From the NCBI GenBank assembly GCA_020137815.1, contig CM035350.1, positions 496,001-560,000 of the forward strand: a stretch of 64,000 nucleotides of DNA. The letters run 5' to 3'. A model generated the notes under the pieces. That model worked only from the letters and a program-made list of their open reading frames with translations, did no database searches and had not been told where the DNA came from. Positions 1-11,915 of this stretch are shown piece after piece. The position numbers and the translations under genes were made by a program. Position 1 is the stretch's first letter, and each line of letters begins with the position of its first letter. Origin of the DNA: Hormiphora californensis (Eukaryota; Animalia; Ctenophora).

Positions 1-406
1 AAACTGTGGTAAATATGGTCCACTCTCTGGGGGAAAGTGGTCCACTCTGGGGCAAAGTGGGTCAGTCAAGACGGTAAAATTAGGGGCAAAGTGGCCCTTG
101 TTACGGTGCAGAACATTGGCCACTTTGCCCCTAATTTGATCGTTTCATCTAACAACACCAGGCACGTGATAAGATCGAGCAATGCTATTGGCTTGGGCCA
201 CTTTGCCCCAGTGTAAATTTTCCAAAAAAAGCCTCACCAAATCATTTGAATTGATTAATTAAAACTTGGAGATTTTAAAATTTAGCTCGGCTGAATGGAA
301 CGCGTTTCATTGGATAGCCTATACATTTGTTTCTTCCTGCTGTATAAATTGCATATTTTAGAACCTAAAACGTTAAAAAATGAGCCACTTTTGCCCCAGC
401 TTACTC
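1..406. mobile_element. Right part of a TA-flanked MITE built of GGGGCAAAGTGGCCC repeats (Tc1/pogo-like)
   Basis: Ends CCCCAGCTTACTC; homologous to 42669-43503 and 26714-27480. Confidence 0.7.
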
Positions 407-1062
407 TCCGCCCGCTATTATTATCATACAAATATCAGCGGGTGAAAATTTTCCGATATACCCCGCCCGCTATAAGTATAAAAAGCATGGATGTTTTAGC
501 CACTAAAGCTTATAATCAATAAATCTTTGCTTATAGCATAGAAAGTATAAACCCCTCCCTTTCGTCGAGTTTTATACCAAATACCACCCTGATCCCTGCT
601 TCGCAGGTCGGGCAGTATATGGTGTAGCGAATCACCCCAGTCCCCAGTCTACATATAAACCCGGGTTTATTGATTATATATACAATGTGGCCCACGGATT
701 TAGTAGGAGCGCTTAGAATATGCACGTGCAAAAGTCGCACGCCACCAGAAATTTAGGTTACTGTCACTGCTTTGCATCGAATCAAAAATGGCCTTCAAGT
801 TTTCGAAAGATCTTTACTTGTCGAGATCTACGATATATGGTGTAGCGAATCACCCTAGCGGGTGACCCGCTACATATATAAACCCGGGTTTATTGATTAT
901 ATAATTGGCGCCACGTGGGTTGGCATTCGTTTCTCCCGGTGTTTTTATTCTAAATAGTATTAGTATGTACACCTCAAAGACGATCGAGGGCTATAATTAT
1001 CGCCTGTGGTGACTAATAGTCACTGAGTTTAGCTATAAATTTATTCTTTCGTATTTAAGATT

Positions 1063-1873
1063 TTGGTGACATAGACACCTGGCGTGACCCCCGCACACAG
1101 GTGTCGGCTCCGCCCCCTAAAAAAGGGTCGTGTCTTTCAAGAGATCTTGCACGCGATCCTGGATCCACTGGACCGATTTGCATCCGGTTTGTCGCAAAAG
1201 ACTACAAATTGGTCCTAATATACTAGAAAATACCCGAGAAGTTTGTCTGTCAATAGGAAGTGGGTCAAAATTGACACTGAAGTCAAATCTATATTCTATA
1301 ATCTGGCTTCCGAGAGTTTTTGCACCAATCTCAAGCGGTTTAGACTGAGTCTGAAGATATTGGGGGATAGGTTGAGGCCTTGTGAGTACTGGAAAATACC
1401 CGGCATCAAATGCTGATGCTAATTGCATCAACATATCTCCCAATATCTGCTAAACCTCATGGGCGTGGTGCAGAAACTCTCGGAAGTCAGATTATAGATT
1501 TGACTTCAGTGTCAATTTTGACCCACTTCTTGTTGACAGACAAACTTCTCGGGTATTTTCCAGTATATTAGGACCAATTTGTAGTCTTTTGCGACAAACT
1601 GGATGCAAATCGGTCCAGTGGATCGCGTGCAACATCCCTTGAAAAAAACAACCCTTTTTGTGGCGTAGCCGACACCTGTGTGCAGGGGTCGCGCCAAGTT
1701 AGTAGGAGCGCTTAGAGCATGCACGTGCAAAAGTCGTGTGCCACCCGAAATTTAGGTTACTGTCACTCCTTTGCTTTGCATCAAATCACAAAATGACCCT
1801 CAAGTTTTTTGTAGATCTCGACGAGATCTTTCGAAAACTTGAAGGTCATTTTGATTGGTGTCTATGACACCAA
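1063..1873. mobile_element. Foldback MITE (TIR TTGGTGACATAGACACC) in PKG intron 3
   Basis: Inverted arms ~1078-1315 and ~1480-1698; terminal IR to 1873; related copy at 18803-19251; carries the hairpin module also seen at ~700-830 and ~28460-28625. Confidence 0.65.
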
Positions 1874-1885
1874 TTTACGATCTAC

Positions 1886-2166
1886 CTTGAATAGATGCGG
1901 TACGAGGGCACTTGTAGAGAATAGCAAGTTCCCCAAATACTGTTGGCCCTCCAAACTGAGCGAGCTTCTTTCCATCTTTTTGAACCTCAACTCGGCCATC
2001 TTGCAGAGCATAGAGCGTATCTCCCGAACTCCCTTCAACTATTACCATGTCACCATTTTTATAATCTTTTGGAAACATGCACCGTACGATTTCGGCTATA
2101 TGGTGCTCTTTCAGATTTTTCATGAATACGTTGCCCTGTAATGCCTTCTCAATCGATTCTTTCTCT
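1886..2166 (-). CDS. PRKG1: PKG exon 3 (first cyclic-nucleotide-binding domain); gene continues off the left edge
   Basis: EKESIEKALQGNVFMKNL...VIVEGSSGDTLY...FGELAILYKCPRTASIQ; FGE..RTA phosphate-binding cassette with the cGMP-selective Thr; 58-nt upstream intron; GTAGAT donor. Confidence 0.93.
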
Positions 2167-2224
2167 CTGAAAGCTTTATGTCAGAACATAATGCAAATAA
2201 TCTTGTTGGGAATTGTTTTCTTAC

Positions 2225-2324
2225 GATTCGGTTTTTTCAAAGTCTTGTAAGTTAGTGTAGATATCCTCCATCTTCTTACTCTCTCCCGAAATTCCTTGAG
2301 CTCGTTGCCGCACAGTAGAATTTG
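2225..2324 (-). CDS. PRKG1: PKG exon 2 (autoinhibitory pseudosubstrate RQRAQGISGES)
   Basis: TTTGCAG acceptor, GTAAGA donor; TNSTVRQRAQGISGESKKMEDIYTNLQDFEKTES matches the PKG RQRAQGISAEP motif; phases 1 to 2. Confidence 0.88.
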
Positions 2325-2361
2325 CTGCAAATAGAGATTATCGGCTGGAACGAAAAGAAGG

Positions 2362-2363
<2 letters not shown>

Positions 2364-2432
<69 letters not shown>

Positions 2433-2620
2433 AGCTGAGAGTAAGCGAAGAGAGAGAGCTAGACTCGAGTGACGAGGATGAGGAGAAAGAGAGAGAGATA
2501 TGAGAGAGAGTATAGATCGAGCTACTATCTTAGAGTAGAGATTCTCACTCTCTTCTCTCTCTCTCTCCGCTCTCTCTCGCTCGCTCGCTCTCTCTCTCTA
2601 GCCTAGAGCGCGAGAACGAT
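2364..2620. repeat. (GA)n microsatellite degrading into low-quality sequence
   Basis: Pure (GA)n then irregular GA/CT runs. Confidence 0.8.
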
Positions 2621-3049
2621 ATGTTGTTTGATCACCCATCCATGTGCTAGTCCAACCAGCGGTTGTTTAACTTCGAAGACTAAAATGTAACAAAACGGTC
2701 CTTCTATTTTGGCCGTTTGGCCGATTTATACTGGGACCGGGGCCCAAATAAAAAAGTTCAACTCAAGAAAAAAAGGTCGACTCAAAAAAAGTTTATCTAA
2801 AAAAGTTATTTTGCTTTTTATTTTATTTTTTATTATTTATTTTCAATTTTTTCAACACTATGTACTTTAAACAAATTAATTTGAGGATTCGTTTTGCTGC
2901 CCCTAGCTCATCCTTGTGAGACTTCTGTTTATCGCTCTCCTTCAAGAAAAGATAAGAGAAGAGGTGTCTGGTTTTTCTAAATTAACAGATCTCCAAGGTC
3001 CTCGTTGGGTTATAACCAAGGAGGCCAAAACTTGCAAGGAACGGTTCCT

Positions 3050-3700
3050 CGTGCCTCTATTTACGGGACAGGATGTCGGGTGTGGCTAGTGGCTACTGGC
3101 TACCCATGATATTGTTATGTGCAAGACAGATATGGAAGTTAAGTTGCTCGCCGCGAGCTACTCTGATAGATGTAAGGTGCCAGCATAGCACAGAGCATCA
3201 AAGATGATGCAGTGGAAGTTCGATATGGGACAACGAAACCGATTTTATGGACAGTGATAAAAAAACTGTAGGTACGCTTTGTTACCTGACACCAGACGTA
3301 TCTCTACCCACTCATTGGAATCTGTATCTTAATTCACAGCAGGCGATTTACAGGAGACATTGGAGAAGCTGAAGGAGGATCTTCTAAGCGAACTTCCGGA
3401 TCTAGTCGCTCCCAAGGTTAGCAAGATCCTTCCTCCCAACAGTGACTAATTAAAGTTGGCTATTCCTCCTGTGACTCGTATATGGACTCTATTGAGGGAA
3501 CAACACCTGTGACTCCAATTTAGAGATATCTGACGATCAAGGATAAAGGTGAGGAAGGACCCATGTGTGAGAAGAAGTGGACCACTACGTCGTGAAAACG
3601 AAGCCCAAAGGTGGAGAAAGCATTGAATAAGATTCCATTCCTAGATCTTTCAGTCACCAAGAGAAGAACAACTCTTATGTTTTAGACTGATGAACAGTTG
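3050..3700 (+). pseudogene. Degenerate LINE ORF1-like remnant in PKG intron 1
   Basis: Stop-ridden peptides such as LQETLEKLKEDLLSELPDLV and TKPKVEKALNKIP resemble ORF1 coiled-coil segments. Confidence 0.35.
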
Positions 3701-3919
3701 GAACAGGCGAAAGAGAATTCCGCAATGTGGCACGCAGTTTAGTGCTACTAAAACACAATGATTTGTTCTATACCGAAATGTTTGTTCCGCCTTTATGTTA
3801 GTAATGAAAGGTTGGCGGGGCAACATAGCATTATGAAGCACAATGCAGTTATTCTTATTATTTCTTAAATAAACTAAATTTATTTTTATTTCTGTTATTC
3901 CTGTAAGAACCAAATTATG

Positions 3920-4191
3920 TTCTGAATAATGAGTTCAGAGCAAGAATTAAATAGGGAAGAAAATCGAAAAATACTGGGTTTGACCGGGAATTGAACCAGG
4001 GACCTCCAGAGAGACATGCTCGGAGCTATAAACCACTAAGCTACCAAACCCTATTATTATTCAGAATACTAATTAATCTCTCCTTAACCGAGTTCTGCCC
4101 GTGTATGTGTGAGATTCCCCATTAAACTGTTGTACAGAGGGCGTGTGTGTGTGTTGATCACCAGAAGGAGATATCAAAATTACTTCCCTTT
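3920..4191. mobile_element. tRNA-derived SINE with inverted 5' half
   Basis: 12-bp TSD AACCAAATTATG (3908-3919, 4192-4203); tRNA-like head on the minus strand, 3' half on the plus strand; collinear order seen in copy 47281-47446. Confidence 0.8.
3975..4051 (-). ncRNA. tRNA-like Pol III head of the SINE (pseudo-tRNA)
   Basis: Acceptor stem GGGTTTG/CAAACCC, A box TAGCTTAGTGG, B box GGTTCAATTCC; anticodon arm non-canonical. Confidence 0.75.
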
Positions 4192-4491
4192 AACCAAATT
4201 ATGGCTACAGACACTTTTGGATATGCATTAGTTAACTTAAAACCGGTTTCATTGTTTCAATGGGATCCAAGCACTGCTTCCTTAGGCACGACCGTGCACC
4301 AATAGTGGCATTGGCTACTATGAAAGAGTGAAACAACTACATCATAGAGTCGAGTCGGACGCCGCAAAAAGTCCACGTCTGAAAACTGGGAAAGATCAAA
4401 TATAATGTGGTTTTGTTCGAACCCATTTTATTGTGCGAAAACAGGCTCGAGCAAGGCGAGGCAAGTATAATGTATGTGTACAGCGAATTAC

Positions 4492-4762
4492 TTGGTGGAG
4501 GTTGTTTCGCTACTGGAGCCAGAACTTTGTCATCTTCTAATATGGCCCCAAGTCCATCCCTTGAACTAGGAGGTTGACTAGGAATTTTATTCACTTGATC
4601 CTGTAATTCAGATATCTTCGTCTTGGCCTTATCTAATTGTTCCTGGAGGCGCTTGTTTTTTGTTAGTAGTAGTTTTATTTGTTCCGATTTCAATTGGTCC
4701 TGTGATTTCAGTCGACGAACTTCTTCTTGTAGCTGAACAGCCCGTCTTTCTGAGTCTGCCAT
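4492..4762 (-). CDS. PRKG1: cGMP-dependent protein kinase, exon 1 (N-terminal leucine-zipper/coiled coil)
   Basis: ATG at 4762, heptad-rich MADSERRAVQLQEEVRRLKSQDQLKSEQIKLL...; donor GTAATT at 4491, phase 1, matching the next exon. Confidence 0.8.
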
Positions 4763-5414
4763 TTCATATATGCACTAAACAGTAAGGTTTATACATAAAC
4801 AATTATACTGTTTAAAGTAAAGCAGGCTGTATAATCATTCCTATTAAAATTGTCCTATTTTCAAGCCACTTTAAGGTTGGTGTACACTGCAAATCTAAAG
4901 TACTTTTATCACTTAGTCAGGAAACAAGTTAGGACGCGCCAAAGAATGGATGGTCGGACCGCCCTCACAACCAGTACCATTTCAGGAGTTGCTGTGAACA
5001 TTTGAAGTGGGCACAACCAGCCAGTCAAACAGCTAATAATGGTCCTTTTTATTACATTGCTTTAAATAATCAGTATGGCTCTGAAACTTCTTGTGTGGGC
5101 AGGGAAATGAAGACAAGTTTTTTTAAAGCTGCTATCTCTCATGGTTGTCTAATTAGAGCTGCTCAAACACCCGAAAAATTAGCAATTTTCACGGAATCGT
5201 TTCCACGTGGGGTCTAATTCTATGAAGGATCATCCGATTTAGGGTTTTAGCAACTATTGAAGTGATATGTAATATGTAATATTTATAATATACATATACA
5301 AACTATTTTGTATCGTTCTCGTATGTAATATTTATAATGTATAAACTATTATTAACCATTAGTTAATAAACCCACATTTATACATTTATATGTCCCAGAT
5401 TCTTACACTTTTAA

Positions 5415-5590
5415 AAACCTCGCAGGCTCGGTCAAAAAGTTAAACTACATCACTCGCACGCTCGTGAGGTAGTTACACTTAGTGGCACTCGCAGGCTCGT
5501 GCACTAAAGTATATCTGACTCGACCTGTGGTCTCGGATCATTATTGTTGCACTTATAGCACTCGACCTTCTATTCGGTCTCGTGTTATAA
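5415..5590. repeat. Hairpin-rich dispersed repeat (CACTCG/CTCGTG modules)
   Basis: Reverse-complement copy at ~28045-28203. Confidence 0.55.
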
Positions 5591-5601
5591 GTTTTCAGGT
5601 A

Positions 5602-6470
5602 CAGTCGGACCCCGATTTAACGGCCCCCGATTTAGCGGCACCCCGATTTAACGGCAGGATAAATTTCCCCCAACAATTTTTTGAAAATTTTTTTGAAAAT
5701 TTTTTGAAAATTTTTTGAAAATTTTCCAAAGGTGTTTCAACCACGTCCGAATCCTGTTTCGAATCGGTGCATCTTATTGCAGGTCTTACCCGTAATTAGA
5801 CGGTTCGAAACGAACAGATATGTGATCCCCATGAGGCCAATCGAGTCGCAATTTTGACGCTTGTTAAACTGGCCCCATGGGGATCACGTATCGGTTCGTT
5901 TCGAACCGTCTAATTAGCGACAGGACGTGCGATAAGATGCACTGATTCGAAACACGATTCGGACGTGGTTGAAAAATTTTCATAACTTTTTTTGGAAAAT
6001 TTTACAGAATGATTGTCAATGCTTTGATCGGTGCTCCCCATGAATTTTCAGAGAAAAAGATATTTTGAATTTCGAATTCTTCCTCACCCCGCTTAAAGTG
6101 CCCCGATTCGGCATGGTATCACGTATCGGTTCGTTTCGAACCGTCTAATTAGCAGCAAGACATGCGATAAGAATAAGATGCACTGATTCGATATACGATT
6201 CGGACGTAGTTGATATACCAGTACACGTACCTTAGAAAATTTTTATAACTTTTTTTAAAATTTTTAAAATTATTTTATTTTTCTATCCAGAAATGATCAT
6301 GTAATCAATACATGGACATAGCATTTACTTAGAGGTGTTTTAGTATAGTATTTTGGACAAAAATAGGGTTTTATGGGCCAAATATATGCTCTACCCCGAT
6401 TTAACGGACACCCCGATTTAACGGACAAAACCCTTTCCCCCGAGGGTGCCGTTAAATAGGGGTCCGACTG
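5602..6470. mobile_element. pogo/Tigger-type MITE with nested palindromic insert
   Basis: TA|CAGTCGGACCCC...GGGGTCCGACTG|TA; CCCCGATTTA subrepeats; second copy 61221-61397. Confidence 0.85.
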
Positions 6471-8165
6471 TACCTACACCTTGTAGGTATAATAAAATCC
6501 TACAATATAACGAAACCCCTCTCCCTAATATATAATATAAGGTCACGTTTCAGTACTGAAAAGAGGTTTGTTTGGTGCCTCCCCCGTCTACCCCTCATAT
6601 AATCACATGATACAGCGAATTTAAGAGCCATCATAGCAGGGGCGTTGGTCTGACTCCTAAGAATATGACCGAACATTTACCATCTTGCCCGGGATACACG
6701 TTCGATGAGGGGTGCTAATACAGCAAGGTCAAAAGTAAACGTTTAGATGTCAAAGGGCCAAAAGCAGGTCAAATAATATGGAAATCTTTCCTCTCAATTG
6801 ATTTTTAATTAGTTTTGGTACAACTAAGTAAACTTAAAACTGATTCCATTTGAATTAAAGAAAAGTGTGGTATTAGCAAGGTTGCTACCATACAGAATGA
6901 AATACAATACCAAAATCACTGACTTAGGTGCCTACAAAACGAAGAACGGGCTTCGTTATCTATAGCAGTCTCGAGTTTCGGTGAAAAGTGTTGCAGTGAA
7001 TACTGGACGAGTAAGATTTAAATTCCTATGTCTATCACGCATAACGGGTGATAACTAAAAATTGTTACTAATTTAAAACGGCTGTAGAATTTTTCCCTTT
7101 TGAGATACAACTTCAGGCCAGTGATAGAACGATTTTTCAGACAATTTTGAATCAGAGGGCGATTTCAAATATTGGTAACAATTCCCACGGTCAAAAAGTC
7201 ACATTTTTTTACTTTTTCCAAGTTTCAGGCTAAAATATTCGATCAATCAATATCAAACATCGTTAAGTTTTGTTAATACATACATGCTAATCTATCACGT
7301 CATCAAAATCTGGTTGTTCTATGTGCTCGGATTCAGGAGATAGTTAGCCTTTGTCATTTAATGGGTTTTCAGACATCCTTGGGCATTATATTTTATAGCT
7401 ATTCTATAGAAAAGTTTACAGGCTAACACGTGTATATTAAATGTGAAGGGGTAATGGGGGGGTTTTCAGTGAGTAAATTAAGGCTAAAGTTCAATAAGTT
7501 GATTCTAATGTTTTCCTTAGAATTTGAGACTGAAGTTTACTTTTTTGACAGCCTCGAGTAATTATGCACTCATAAATTAAATTTATTTACAAATATTCGT
7601 CCTAATGTTGATATTAGTGACGATTTCAAGGCTAAACGCTACTTTTTGTAGGTTATTTACATAAATAATCGTTAATAACAATCAGAAGAAATGTTTTAGA
7701 CATTAGAATAGATACTAAAATCATTTTGAAGGCTATTGTATCGTTAAATACATAAATGTGCTGAAAAAATAAGGCTAATTTTGACTAAAATTTCAAATTT
7801 TTCAATTTTTTCGACATTTTAGCCTGAATTTAACCACATCTATCAAAATTCATACATGACTTAACCCAATAATATTAAGATTGATAGTTTGACTGTAAAG
7901 AATAGCCAAAATTTGCATATAATTAATAAATACAATGGAATTAGTCACTTAGCCTGCTTTTTACACACTTATCTGTCAGTTAGCCTGCTAAAACTAACAT
8001 TTAATGGTCGTATGATGAACTTTAATGGTCCCCTGTAACTTTTTACAGGGGACCTTAAAATAAGTGCTTTAGCGGTGAATATAGCCACTGAATGAAATCG
8101 GCAACTATTCCAGAATACTCGATTTTAGCCTGATTTTAACCACATATAACATTAGTTTTGCTTGA

Positions 8166-8262
8166 GGGGAAGTAATTTTGATATCTCCTTCTGGTGATCA
8201 ACACACACACACGCCCTCTGTACAACAGTTTAATGGGGAATCTCACACATACACGGGCAGAA
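8166..8262 (-). mobile_element. 5'-truncated copy of the tRNA-SINE
   Basis: Matches 4093-4188; flanked by 12-bp direct repeat AGTTTTGCTTGA. Confidence 0.75.
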
Positions 8263-9455
8263 AGTTTTGCTTGATGTCACTCAAGAATCATGAAATTAGC
8301 TATTTTAGCTAAAGAAAAGAAACCGAATATGATTTTTCATGAAAGATATCATGAAATGAGTAGTTTAGCCTGCTTTTTTACACACTTATATATATCAGTT
8401 AGCCTACTAAAACTAACATTTAATGGTCTTTTAATGAACTGTGGTGGAATTCGTAACTAAATAAGTACACGTAGTGCTTTAGAGCCACTGAATAAAACCG
8501 GCATAGGTAGCTATTACAGAATACTCGATTTAGCCTGATTTTAAGCACATGTAGTATTAGTTTTGCTTTCTCAAGTTAAAGAATCGTGTAAATAACTACT
8601 TTAGCTGAAGAAAAGAAGTAAAATGTGCTTTTTTATTAAGGATATTGTGAAATTTGTAATTTAGCCTGGTTTTTTACTGCCTTAATCTATCAGTTGAACG
8701 ATTATGCTACTTCTAAGTAAATAAAAATGATATTTTAGCCTAAAAATCAGCACTTATCAACAATTAAATGAACCTAAGGTCGTCATTTCCTCCAATTAGC
8801 CTGGCTAATTTTCCCTAAAAAGTTTCCTAGGAAGTCGCTGAAACAAACCGTGTGCCTTTCTTATACCGTTTTCCCACAACAACCGATTTGCCATCAATAT
8901 TTTGATGATCTCACAATTTAGGCGTCTGGATGAATGCGTCGATCTAGAATTATACACCCAGTCAGAGAAAAAAACAAACGCTTCGACATGTAAAATATGC
9001 TGTTGTAGTTTTTGAGACTGCGGATTTTAACTTTCGAGCTAAATACAATTGTATACAATACAAGACATTAATACACTCATCACAAGTGCCTTGCGACATA
9101 CACACAGAATTGTGCAACACATTGCGTGTAAGCCGAGAAAGTTAAATTGAGCATTTTCTGTTGGAAAAGCAAAACGCCAGTCACAGTCGATATGGGTTGA
9201 CTATAACTCTCAACGCATCTAGCCTCTGACAACAAGTCATGGTGTTGCACTGCACGGAACCCTCTAGCTCCAATTTTTGTTTAACTAGCCGTACAAGGAT
9301 CTCGGCTGGATTCGTCTCAGACTAGGCACATATTCCAACACGATAGTAGCAGGAGAGATCAACACTTATACCAAGCACACAGGGTAGAAACAATCATTGT
9401 TTTCTGGATAAGATAACATTTTTTCTCTAGGTTGTGTGTATCGGACATCAGTAGG

Positions 9456-9523
9456 CCCCGAGACAGTTTATACCCCGAGACAGTTTATACCCCGAGACAG
9501 TTTATACCCCGAGACAGTTTATA
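9456..9523. repeat. 4 x 17-bp tandem CCCCGAGACAGTTTATA
   Basis: Directly visible, abutting the truncated 5' end of the LINE. Confidence 0.85.
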
Positions 9524-9815
9524 AAGGTGATATCTCTAGATCTGACCGGGGTGGCAAAGCTACTCTTTTTAATGTATGTTTTGCTGAACAATTTACTTCA
9601 CCTAGTAGTTATGACATTGGTATTGAGAGTTCTCATCTAGATTCAGAGTGTTTTTTCTCTATCTCCGAGGTTTATCAAGCACTTACATGTATTGACACTT
9701 CCAAGGCTTGTGGACCAGATGGTCTCCATGGAAAGTTACTCAAGAATTGTGCAGGGAGCTTGAGCTATCCGTTGTGGCTTCTGTTTAATGCTTCTATTCG
9801 CACGGGTATTATTCC

Positions 9816-10964
9816 GGTAATATGGTAGTTCTGGGCTGAACATTTTCTACCGCTTTAAAGCGCTTTAAAGCGTTTGAGAAAGCGCTTTATAGCGCTATAA
9901 AGCGCTTTAAAGCGGTACCGCTTTAAAGCGCACCGCTTTAAAGCGCTTTTAAAGCGCTAAAAGCGCTTTAAAGCGATTCTTGTAACGATTTAAAGCGCTT
10001 TTGAAAGCGCTATAAAGCGCTTTCGCAAGCGCTTTAAAGCGCTACCGCTTTAAAGCGCTTTTTTGTTCAAAATCCAAAAATAAAGCGCTTTAAAGCGCTT
10101 TTAAAATCGCTTTTTAAAGCGCTTTTTATAGCGCTTTAAAGCGCTTTTTGTAGCGCTAAAAGGCGCTTTCGAAATCGCTTTTCATAGCGCTTTTTAAAGC
10201 GCTAAAAAGCGCTTTTTATAGCGCTTTAAAGCGCTTTGTAGCGCTATAAATAGCGCTTTTTAAAGCGCTTTAAAAAGCGCTATAAAGCGCTATAAAGCGC
10301 TTTCGAAAGCGCTAAAAAGCGCTTTTTGTAGCGCTATAAAGCGCTTTTTGTAGCGCTACAAAGCGCTTTATAGCGCTTTAAAAAGCGCTTTATAGCGCTT
10401 TGTAGCGCTTTTTAAAAGTGCTTTTTAAAAGTGCTTTTTAGACCGCTTTTAAAAGTGCTTTTAAAAGCGCTTTAAAGCGCTATTGTACGATTTAAAGCGC
10501 TTTAAAGCGCTATAAAGCGCTAAAAGCGCTTTAAAGCGCTATAAAGCGTTCTTAAAAGCGCTTTATAGCGCTTTTTAAAGCGCTTTTAAAGCGCTTTAAA
10601 GCGCTTTATTTTTGGATTTTGAACAAAAAAAGCGCTTTAAAGCGGTAGCGCTTTAAAGCGCTTGCGAAAGCGCTTTATAGCGCTTTCAAAAGCGCTTTAA
10701 ATCGTTACAAGAATCGCTTTAAAGCGCTTTTAGCGCTTTAAAAGCGCTTTAAAGCGGTAGCGCTTTAAAGCGCTTTCAAAAGCGCTTTAAATCGTTACAA
10801 GAATCGCTTTAAAGCGCTTTTAGCGCTTTAAAAGCGCTTTAAAGCGGTGCGCTTTAAAGCGGTACCGCTTTAAAGCGCTTTATAGCGCTATAAAGCGCTT
10901 TCTCAAACGCTTTAAAGCGCTTTAAAGCGGTCGAAAATGTTCAGCTCAGAACTACCATATTACC
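9816..10964. mobile_element. 1.15-kb foldback element made of AAAGCGCTTT units (Merlin-like termini)
   Basis: TIR GGTAATATGGTAGTTCTG; 8-bp TSD ATTATTCC; removal restores TGIIP-SEWKH of the LINE. Confidence 0.88.
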
Positions 10965-11915
10965 ATTATTCCTAGTGAATGGAAGCATGGCTCTATTGTA
11001 CCTGTGCATAAAAAGGGCAGTAGAAGAGACGTGACTAACTATAGACCGATCTCTTTGCTGTCTCTTGTTGCTACAATCATGGAGAGGCTTGTGAAGGTCC
11101 GCCTATCTAAGCACTGTGATCCACAAATTGACCCCAGGCAGCACGGATTTATGGGTGGTAAGTCCTGTTCCACACAGGTACTACCGTTCACATATTCTCT
11201 AGCTTCTGGTGTCAGTGAGGGAATACAATCCGATGTTATTTACTTCGATTTTAGCCGTGCTTTCGATTCTGTTAATCACGACCTTATCCTGAAGAAGCTG
11301 AAGTATGATTTCGGAGTTGATGGTATGTTGCTAAATTTTATTAGAAGCTATCTTAAAGACCGCGCCCAGTCTGTTGTAGTAGACGGGGAGTCGTCAGGGA
11401 GCCTTTCTGTTACTTCCGGGGTGCCCCAAGGTAGTATCCTGGGGCCCCAACTCTTTGTTTTGTTTATAAATGATATCTGTAAGGCAGTTACTCCTGGTAC
11501 CGACATATCACTCTATGCAGACGATACCAAGATCTGGCGTCGCATTGAGGATATGGGGGATCACCATGGTCTCTTCAGCAGTCTATTAACAATCTCTGTG
11601 AGTGGGCTGTTTGTAATAAGATGTTTTTCCATCCCGACAAGTGCAAGGTGCTAAGTGTGGCTACTAGTAGAGCTACCCCAGAGCTGTCTGAGTTACCTTT
11701 CTTTAAGTACTTCTATCTTACTATATAATGCAAAAACACCCGAAACTTGATCCCACCCATGCATGTTTGGTGGTCCCTAAATCGTCGTCATCAAGATCAG
11801 ATCACGTAACAAGTAGCATGCTAGGAGCACCCCACATGCATGATCAGATCACCCCACTGAGGATCAGATCCCCCCACCCAAGATCAGATCATCCCATAGA
11901 GGATCAGATCACCCC

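Noticed and set aside
970-1035. Candidate next PKG exon (ALDR motif)
   Set aside because: In-frame stops on both sides in the required phase
3975-4051. Functional tRNA gene
   Set aside because: The anticodon arm is bulged and lacks a canonical loop, and it sits within a TSD-bounded multi-copy SINE
3920-4066. Recombinase-invertible tRNA cassette between TTCTGAATAAT inverted sites
   Set aside because: 12-13 bp TSDs and 5' truncations on all three copies fit retrotransposition with 5' inversion better
9456-9523. CRISPR-like array
   Set aside because: Head-to-tail repeats with no spacers in a eukaryotic context
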